Part shown: piece by piece, positions 8,476 to 15,305 of the stretch
Layout: every line of letters starts with the position of its first letter
Position numbering within the stretch: position 1 is the first letter of the stretch
Assembly: GCA_004524535.1 (NCBI GenBank)
Contig: SDNY01000087.1
Span: forward strand, 1 to 15,305
Source: Promethearchaeota archaeon
GTDB lineage: Archaea > Asgardarchaeota > Lokiarchaeia > Sigyniarchaeales > SOKP01
DNA length: 15,305 nt
Reading direction: 5' to 3'
Made by a program: the position numbers and the translations under genes
The notes under the pieces: model-generated
Database searches by the model: none
Told to the model about the DNA's origin: nothing
The model's input: only the letters and a program-made list of their open reading frames with translations

Positions 8476-9055
8476 TAACTAATGATTTCAATATGGGTTG
8501 CTTCAAAGCAATAATAGTTAAAGTTCTTAAGTATTTTTGCGCTATAGCACCTCCTTTTGCAAACTTTGAGACTTTTTCTGCATATTCTGATTTAATTTGC
8601 ATTTGGTAGCTATCGCCTATCTGAGCGATCATAAGAGAGGTTGAACGATCTAAGTAATCAAAAGCTATGTCATTAATTAACTCTTCGACCTCCTTTTTTG
8701 GGATTTCGAGTTTAGTTGATAATTCTTCAATACTTAATGGTCTACCAGCCACATAAAGAGAAGCTTCAATTTGATTTCTATGGAAATCTCTTAATTGTCT
8801 TGCTAATAGTTCTTCTTCAGATATTTCAGATTTTAAGGATAATCCATTTTGGACATCGATTTCCTTTTTTGAAATTACATTGTTAATAATTTCTTCATCA
8901 TTATTTTCAGTTGCGCTTTCTTGGGATTGATTTTTTGGAATATTATCAATTTTTTCGTTTGAATCATCATCTGATTCCCCGTTTAATTCCTGCTCTAATT
9001 GCTCCTCATTATTTTCTTCGGATTTATCATCTAAATCTTCATCAAAATTATTCAA
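8231..9055 (-). CDS. scpB: Segregation and condensation protein B (kite subunit of Smc-ScpAB)
   Basis: IEASLYVAGRPLSIEEL, LRTLTIIALKQPI..S....IRG, GRSKELTTTNKYSEMFGL. It has an acidic N-terminal extension of about 85 aa and lies directly downstream of scpA. TTG start preceded by GGAG. Confidence 0.95.
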   Translation of the reverse strand: MNNFDEDLDDKSEENNEEQLEQELNGESDDDSNEKIDNIPKNQSQESATENNDEEIINNVISKKEIDVQNGLSLKSEISEEELLARQLRDFHRNQIEASLYVAGRPLSIEELSTKLEIPKKEVEELINDIAFDYLDRSTSLMIAQIGDSYQMQIKSEYAEKVSKFAKGGAIAQKYLRTLTIIALKQPILKSLVIKIRGSGAYEHVKYLEDNGLIDSVKKGRSKELTTTNKYSEMFGLPTDKEELKRVMIAQLGLDEITSEPEEEPQELENNEEE

Positions 9056-9088
9056 TTTACATCTCCAAATTTATTAAATTAAAAGTTT

Positions 9089-10093
9089 TTATTTCTTAAT
9101 ACCAATTGAAATATTTTTAAATTCATCATTCTGAAGTAACTCAAGTTTACCACTGGTACTTAAGAACATAAGGGCTAAAAATAATCTTATTAGAGCAAAT
9201 TTTCTTCCAATACTACTTTTTTCATCGTTTTTTATTATATTGAGAAGATCGAAAAAACTCGTATCAACGTTGTTAAGATTAATTGTTGCATTTATTCGAT
9301 TTAACCAGCTCTCGAGTAATTCTTCTATAGACTGTTCTTTTCCGCTTATGTGTTTTAACAGTTCTTTAGGTAATTTAGCTTTTGATTTCATTTGCATTGT
9401 TTTCTGTTTTTCTTCTTCTCTGCGCATTCTTCTGCGTTTCAATTTTTCTTTATTTTGCATTGTTTCAATGATGGCAGCTCTCATTGCATCAAATAATTCA
9501 TCTTTTGTAGCAATTTGCATTTTAGGTTGTATAGGTTGAGGTAAAGCTTTAGGAATCGTTCTTGAATGTCTCGCTCTAAGTTTTTCTAGTTCCTCCTTTT
9601 TTTGAATCTGTTCTTCTTCTTTTATTATACTGGAAATTTTGTAATGATGCAAAGATGCGGCTGATTTAAGAGCAATTCCAGAGATTTTATAATTAATTAA
9701 CTCTTCTTTAAGCATTTTAGAAAAGAATTTTTCTATTAAATTTGATAAATCGTAAAATACTACTTCAGAATCTTTTGCTAATTCAAGGTCTAATAATGAA
9801 GAATAAGGAGGTTTTTGCCAAAATTTTAATAAAGTTTTTTCTTTTCTTAATAACGCAATATCTTCATCATCAAATTCAGCAACTAATTCTTCTTCTAATG
9901 TTTCTTCTTGAGATCTATCAACAAAATCAGGATGCGCAACTACTTTTTGAATAAGTTCTACAATATCCTTTTTTTTGGACTTTGAAGGTATTTTTATGTT
10001 ATTCTTACTACAAAATTCTTTTAATTCCTTTACAGTCCAATTGTTAAAATCTGTATTTTTAATAGATTTTTTCTCTTCTGAAATTATTTTCAC
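9089..10093 (-). CDS. scpA: Segregation and condensation protein A (kleisin) with N-terminal SAP/HeH-like domain
   Basis: N-kleisin-like YDLSNLIEKF...INYKISGIALKSAASLHHYK and C-terminal winged helix SFFDLL...LFLALMFLSTSGKLELLQNDEFKNISI. It sits between smc and scpB. Confidence 0.88.
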   Translation of the reverse strand: MKIISEEKKSIKNTDFNNWTVKELKEFCSKNNIKIPSKSKKKDIVELIQKVVAHPDFVDRSQEETLEEELVAEFDDEDIALLRKEKTLLKFWQKPPYSSLLDLELAKDSEVVFYDLSNLIEKFFSKMLKEELINYKISGIALKSAASLHHYKISSIIKEEEQIQKKEELEKLRARHSRTIPKALPQPIQPKMQIATKDELFDAMRAAIIETMQNKEKLKRRRMRREEEKQKTMQMKSKAKLPKELLKHISGKEQSIEELLESWLNRINATINLNNVDTSFFDLLNIIKNDEKSSIGRKFALIRLFLALMFLSTSGKLELLQNDEFKNISIGIKK

Positions 10094-10111
10094 CTCTTAA
10101 TTAAATAAATG

Positions 10112-13100
10112 CTAACCTTCTTCAACTTCAGGAACTATATCTTCAAGTTCAAGAAGTTTTTTTGCCTCTTCTTCTAAATCAACGCTAAAGATATCTGTTA
10201 TTCCACTCTGTGGCATAGAAACTCCATATATTCTATCGGCATTAACAATATTTTCTTCTCGATGGCTAATCACTAAAAATTGCGCTTGGCTTGAGAACTC
10301 TTTCAGTGTCATGCTTACTCTATGAACATTTGGGTCGTCCAAGGCCGCATCAATCTCATCTAAAATATAAAATGGAGCAGGATAAAATTCCTGAACAGCA
10401 AAAATGAAAGAAAGTGCAACTAAGGTTTTTTCTCCTCCGCTTAGAATCTCCAGAGAGCTTATTTTCTTACCTCTTGGTCTTGCTTCAATCGAAATTCCAC
10501 CCTCAAAAGGTTTATCAGGTCTATCCAAAATCATTTTAGCTGAACCTCCAGGAGAAAGTTTCTGAAAAATCCTTGAAAATTCTCGATTAATTTCATGATA
10601 AGCCTTCATGAAAGTACGTGTTTTTTCTAATTCAATTTTATCAATTGAGTCTAGAATTGCTTTCCGTTCTCTTTGGATTGTTTGTCTTCGCATATCTATC
10701 TCATCAAACCTTTCTTTAACAACATCATATTGTTCAATAGCTTTTAAATTAACTGGTTCAAGTGCTTTTTTCTTTTTTGTGGTACTTTCAATGTCAGATT
10801 GTAGGCTTTCTTCCGATAGATCATCAGTTACAGGAGGTAACGTGCCGTATTCTTTTGATCTCTCAAATAAAGTTTCAATTTGATCAGTACAAATAATTTT
10901 TTTAGACTCAAAATTGTTCATTTTAGAATTTTCCATCGAAAGATCTGATTTTAGATCAGTAATAAGTTTTTGATAATTTTTTTGCTTTTTCCAAGATTCA
11001 TCTTTTTCTTGAATTAATTTATCTATTTCTTCTTGTTTTGCGTCTTTTTTCTTAATTTCGGATTCTAAGCTTTCTTCAAGTTTTTCAATTTCTTTTACTA
11101 ACGATACTGTTTGGTTTTCAGTATCTTTAATATCCTCCTCTATTTTTACTATTTGTTGTTCTCTCTCTTTATTTTTGTTTAACTCATTTAATTTTCCTTG
11201 AGATTTCTGGAGTTCTTTATTTAATTTATTTAATTTATTTTGAGCTGCCTTTTGTTCTCCTAATTCTTTAGCCTTTTCATCCCTTAAAGAGTCTATTTCT
11301 TTTTGTTTATTATCTACATTTTTTTGGATTTTGTCAACTTCAGAATTATAGGTATCTATATCTTTTTTGCTTAATTCAATATTTTTATTAGCCTCTAAAT
11401 TTTCATTAGTTAGTTCTTCAATTGAATTAATAATTCTCATAATATTATCAAGTCCTCTCAAAGTATCCATGGTTTCTTCTAGTTTTTTATTTTCTTCATC
11501 TATTTTAACCTGTATATTTTCAGTTTTTTCCCAGTATTTCTCTTTATCACTGCTTAGAGATTCTATTTTTTTTTGTAAAGAATCTGCCTCTAGTTGTATC
11601 TTCCTAATACTCTCTTCAGTATTGATTATTATTTTTTTCTTTTCTTCTATTGTGTTATTCATTTCCAGTAAGATATTGTCAATTTCTTCAATATTCCCGA
11701 ATAATGTTTGAATCCCTTGTAGTTCCTGTAGTTTTTCTTGATTAATATTTAATTCATTTTGGGTTGATTCAATCTCATCTTGAATCTTAGAAAGATTATC
11801 CCAGTATTTATCTTTAATTTCCTTTAATTTTTTAATTTCAATATCTAAATCATCATAATTCTTTTGTATTTCTTTGATTTTTGTATTCCTATCCTCAATT
11901 TCTTTTTTATATTTTTCAATCCTCGAGTTTAATTCATTCATTCTTTTGTCAATTTCCTCGAGCTTTCGGTTTGATGTTGAGAGTTTTTCTGAATCATGTT
12001 TATTTTGGCTGTCCAATATCGTTAGTTTTCTTTCTATATCATTAAAATCATCACTTTGAGATTTGATACTATTCGAAATTTCTTCTAACTGTTTATAAAG
12101 CTCTTGGCTTTTAGATAAAGTTAATTTTCTTAAAGACAAATGCACATTTTCAAGAATATATGTTAAATCTTGAACAAAACCATCAAAATTTGATGTAGAA
12201 TCTTGTACCGCAATATCAACCGAGTCCTTTACTTTATAAATAAGTTGTTCTATTGTAGAATCGGCATTCTCAGTAAAAAGACCTAATGTCTGAACAATCG
12301 AATTAAGTGTACCTGTCATTTCAGGCGTTTCATCCACATCACAGCTTATACCTTCAAGTGTTTTCATTATATCAACAATATCTAACATAAATTTTTTGAA
12401 ATCTTCCGCAGACATGTCAATTGCTTCGGCATTTGATTGTTGTATGGTTCCCTTAATAGATTCTACAGACACATCAATGTTTTGAGTAAGCATATTAAGA
12501 ATTTGTAGAATTCCTGTGATATCTTCTGTATTTTTCCCATATTCTTCTTCTGAACCTTCAATTCTCTTCAATAAAGTTTCCTTCTCTTGAGAGAGTTCAT
12601 TTAACCGTCTTTGAATATTTTCTTTTTTGATATTGAGAGTACTTATTTCTTTTTCTGTATTTGAAATTTTAGCATTTAAATCAGTAGTAATTAATTCTAA
12701 ATTACGTTTTTCACGTTCTAAGGTCGTCAATTCTTTTTTAAATATTTTTTGCTCAGTAATAATGTTAGAAATTTTTCCATTATTATCGATAATTTCATTT
12801 TCAATAGAGCTTTGTTTCAATTTTAATAGTTCAAAATTTTGTTCGTTTTCTCGATAAATTGAATCCTCGTTTTTTGATTTATTCTTTAATTCAGTATTTT
12901 TTTTGATAATATTTTCTTTTTCCTTTATGAGTTCTTTTATAACTTCTTCAGTATCTTTATCTTTACTTAATTCTTTAATTTTTATCTCTGTGTCTGCTTT
13001 TTTCTTTTTCAAATCCGCAACTGTCTCATTATTCATTTTAATTTCCGTATTAAGAGATGATAATGTTGATTGTAAATCAGATAATTTTGAATTTAAATCA

Positions 13101-14569
13101 CTCTTCTCTTTTTGTATTGAATTAATTGAATTTTCTAAATTAATTTGATTCTTATTTTCTTCAGATATCCTATTTTTTAAATCATCAATCTTTTTTCTAA
13201 TCTCGGTTTCAATTTTTTTCGTAGCTTCAATAGCATCTTCTATACTCTCAGCCTCTCCCTTTAATTTATCTAATTCTATTTCTAGATTCTTTTTCTTCTC
13301 TTCATTTTTTTTAATATTTTCTTTATGAAGTTTAATTTGTGCCTTATTTGACGAGATTTGTTGTTTAAAGTTCGAAATTTCTGACTTTAAATTAGATTTC
13401 TCATCTTCACTATTTTTGATTTTAACATCAAGTTCGGCTTGATTTTGCTGACTTTTTTCAACATCATTTTTTGCGTCTTCTATTTGCGCTTCTTTTTCAG
13501 ATATTTCTTTTGATACACTTTCAATTAAAGAATCAGAATTTTGACCTTCTTCAAGAATCATTAATAATTTCTCTAAATTTTCTTTGTCCTGATTTAATTT
13601 CTCTATTGATTTTTTAGCTAAGTTTAAAGTTGTTTGGTTAGAAGATAACTCTGTCTTTAGTTGTGTAATACCTTCGTTTACTTCTTCTCTTTCTTTTTCT
13701 TTTTCAGATACTGTTTTTTGGATATTTTCCATAACAAGAGATTCTTGTTTCAAAAGGTCTTCTTGTCTAGCTATCTTTTCTTGTAATTCTTCAATTATTT
13801 TAGAAGATTCTTCAATTTTTTTATCTAATTCTTCTTCTTCTTTTTGTAATTTTGAGATTTTTAAAGATATTAATTGGGCGTAATATTGGTTTATCTGATC
13901 ATCCAACTCTCTCCAAGCTATTGCGTCATTTTTTTCTTTTTCAACTTTTCTTAATTGAGAAGATACTTCCTTAAAGATTGCCTCAAATTGACCGAGGTCT
14001 CGCTCAGCCTTTTCTAATTCCTTTAACGTCACATCTTTCATCTCATCGTATTTTTGAAGTCCAATAAGTTCTTCAATAAATTTTCTTCTATCTTCTGCAT
14101 TCATGTGAGTTAATTCGACGATCTTGCCTTGAAGGACAAATTGGTTAGATCCATCAGGATCTATATTAGCTGCGGCTAACGCACTAAGGATTTGCTGTCT
14201 AGTGGCTTTTTTACCATTCATTTTATAGCCCCCACCCCCGCCTCTCTTTATAGTTCTACTAATTGTGAAATCTCCATCTACGCCCCCCGGAAATACACTA
14301 TCAGAGTTATCGAAATGTAATGTAACACTAGCACGATTTGCTTGGGTTTTACCTTTAGATCCCGCAAAAATAAGATCCTCTAAACTTTTAGCTCTCATTG
14401 TCTTTTTACTTAATCGTCCAAGTGCGAAACATAAAGCATCGATAATATTTGACTTGCCAGCTCCGTTGGGTCCGACGATACATGTAAAGCCACTGCTTAG
14501 CTTTACGGTGACGGTTCTATCTCCAAATGATTTGAAGCCTGTCATTGATATCTTTTTAATATACGTCAA
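10112..14569 (-). CDS. smc: Chromosome segregation protein Smc, elongated and without a canonical hinge
   Basis: GFKSF, Walker A GPNGAGKSN, Q-loop VLQG, PVNLKAI, signature LSGGEK, Walker B/D-loop FYILDEIDAALD and H-loop ISH. Long coiled coils; TTG start. Confidence 0.96.
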   Translation of the reverse strand: MTYIKKISMTGFKSFGDRTVTVKLSSGFTCIVGPNGAGKSNIIDALCFALGRLSKKTMRAKSLEDLIFAGSKGKTQANRASVTLHFDNSDSVFPGGVDGDFTISRTIKRGGGGGYKMNGKKATRQQILSALAAANIDPDGSNQFVLQGKIVELTHMNAEDRRKFIEELIGLQKYDEMKDVTLKELEKAERDLGQFEAIFKEVSSQLRKVEKEKNDAIAWRELDDQINQYYAQLISLKISKLQKEEEELDKKIEESSKIIEELQEKIARQEDLLKQESLVMENIQKTVSEKEKEREEVNEGITQLKTELSSNQTTLNLAKKSIEKLNQDKENLEKLLMILEEGQNSDSLIESVSKEISEKEAQIEDAKNDVEKSQQNQAELDVKIKNSEDEKSNLKSEISNFKQQISSNKAQIKLHKENIKKNEEKKKNLEIELDKLKGEAESIEDAIEATKKIETEIRKKIDDLKNRISEENKNQINLENSINSIQKEKSDLNSKLSDLQSTLSSLNTEIKMNNETVADLKKKKADTEIKIKELSKDKDTEEVIKELIKEKENIIKKNTELKNKSKNEDSIYRENEQNFELLKLKQSSIENEIIDNNGKISNIITEQKIFKKELTTLEREKRNLELITTDLNAKISNTEKEISTLNIKKENIQRRLNELSQEKETLLKRIEGSEEEYGKNTEDITGILQILNMLTQNIDVSVESIKGTIQQSNAEAIDMSAEDFKKFMLDIVDIMKTLEGISCDVDETPEMTGTLNSIVQTLGLFTENADSTIEQLIYKVKDSVDIAVQDSTSNFDGFVQDLTYILENVHLSLRKLTLSKSQELYKQLEEISNSIKSQSDDFNDIERKLTILDSQNKHDSEKLSTSNRKLEEIDKRMNELNSRIEKYKKEIEDRNTKIKEIQKNYDDLDIEIKKLKEIKDKYWDNLSKIQDEIESTQNELNINQEKLQELQGIQTLFGNIEEIDNILLEMNNTIEEKKKIIINTEESIRKIQLEADSLQKKIESLSSDKEKYWEKTENIQVKIDEENKKLEETMDTLRGLDNIMRIINSIEELTNENLEANKNIELSKKDIDTYNSEVDKIQKNVDNKQKEIDSLRDEKAKELGEQKAAQNKLNKLNKELQKSQGKLNELNKNKEREQQIVKIEEDIKDTENQTVSLVKEIEKLEESLESEIKKKDAKQEEIDKLIQEKDESWKKQKNYQKLITDLKSDLSMENSKMNNFESKKIICTDQIETLFERSKEYGTLPPVTDDLSEESLQSDIESTTKKKKALEPVNLKAIEQYDVVKERFDEIDMRRQTIQRERKAILDSIDKIELEKTRTFMKAYHEINREFSRIFQKLSPGGSAKMILDRPDKPFEGGISIEARPRGKKISSLEILSGGEKTLVALSFIFAVQEFYPAPFYILDEIDAALDDPNVHRVSMTLKEFSSQAQFLVISHREENIVNADRIYGVSMPQSGITDIFSVDLEEEAKKLLELEDIVPEVEEG

Positions 14570-14782
14570 AATTAACCAACCAAATACGCTAAATTATTTT
14601 AATTTTTTTTATATTTTTTTAATTTATTTATTTTTACTTCAAAACTATTAAAGTAATTAGCTTTGATAAATATTAGTGAGAAATAGAAATAGTAAAGAAA
14701 ATCAACTAAATGAACATTAAAAATTTAAATAATAAGAGATAGAATCAGTTAAAAACAAAAAAATAGGAAGTGAGAAATTGAA

Positions 14783-15305
14783 ATGGAGTTTGAAACTGTA
14801 ATTTATGAAGCAAGAAAAAAAATCGGATATATTACTTTAAATAGACCCGAAAAACATAATGCTCTAAGTTATCAATTGCTTGACGACATAGATGCTGTGT
14901 TTGATCATGCGGAAGCTGATAACAAAGTAAATGTAATAGTGTTAAAATCTAACGGCAAAAGTTTCTGTTCTGGTTTTGATCTCAAAGGATCTTATTATAT
15001 GACACCGCCAGAAGGAGGATGGAGATATAAAAATTCGTACGAGATATTAAATAAAAAGATTTATGCTAAATATCCGCGTATTTGGAATTTTCCTAAACCG
15101 ACTATAGCTCAAGTTCACGGTTATTGTACTGATGCGGGATGTTACCTTCAGCTTCTATGTGATATAACAGTTGCCGCAGAAGATGCAATATTAGGGCATC
15201 CTGCTCAGACATGGGGAGGAGCACAGAGTCTTCCTCTTTGGCAATTTTATTTAGGTGTTAAAAAGGCACGATATCTTTTAATGACGGGTCGCACAATAAA
15301 CGGAA
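14783..15305 (+). CDS. Enoyl-CoA hydratase/isomerase (crotonase) family protein, 3'-truncated by the window edge
   Basis: Not in the ORF track. ATG 14783 opens MEFETVIYEARKKIGYITLNRPEKHNAL...FCSGFDL...PKPTIAQVHGYC...CDITVAAEDA, and the frame stays open to the window end. Confidence 0.93.
   Translation, partial: MEFETVIYEARKKIGYITLNRPEKHNALSYQLLDDIDAVFDHAEADNKVNVIVLKSNGKSFCSGFDLKGSYYMTPPEGGWRYKNSYEILNKKIYAKYPRIWNFPKPTIAQVHGYCTDAGCYLQLLCDITVAAEDAILGHPAQTWGGAQSLPLWQFYLGVKKARYLLMTGRTING

Noticed and set aside
8231-14569. Wadjet/MksBEF or Rad50/SbcC-type system
   Set aside because: Head motifs and partners are Smc/ScpA/ScpB type. There is no JetD/Toprim nuclease, no Mre11 and no CxxC hook, and the gene order is not jetABCD.
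7545-14651. Antisense ORFs overlapping the membrane-protein gene, scpB, scpA and smc
   Set aside because: Most are Ser/Phe/Leu/Ile-rich translations, the expected mirror of Glu/Lys-rich sense codons. None has independent coding evidence.

Overview
AT-rich archaeal chromosomal window, most likely from an Asgard (Lokiarchaeia-like) genome. That assignment is an inference from the archaeal ValRS, the intron-containing tRNA and the Uba3-like E1. From left to right: the 3' part of a glycyl-radical enzyme; tRNA-Ala(CGC) with a 29-nt intron at a non-canonical position; a Uba3-like E1 that appears to lack its catalytic Cys; valS; an AbiEii/MenT-like nucleotidyltransferase-fold protein; a truncated second copy of scpB ending in an 18-bp tandem repeat; a membrane zinc-ribbon protein; an smc-scpA-scpB operon on the minus strand; and the 5' part of a crotonase-family gene. 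The most striking element is the Smc-ScpAB system. The 1485-aa Smc has intact ATPase heads but no recognisable hinge or zinc hook, and its apex is a 71-aa-period helical duplication. Its arms are lengthened by matched 97/98-aa (N-arm) and 90-aa (C-arm) repeats. The kleisin carries an N-terminal SAP/HeH-like domain, and scpB has a downstream partial copy offering an alternative acidic tail.
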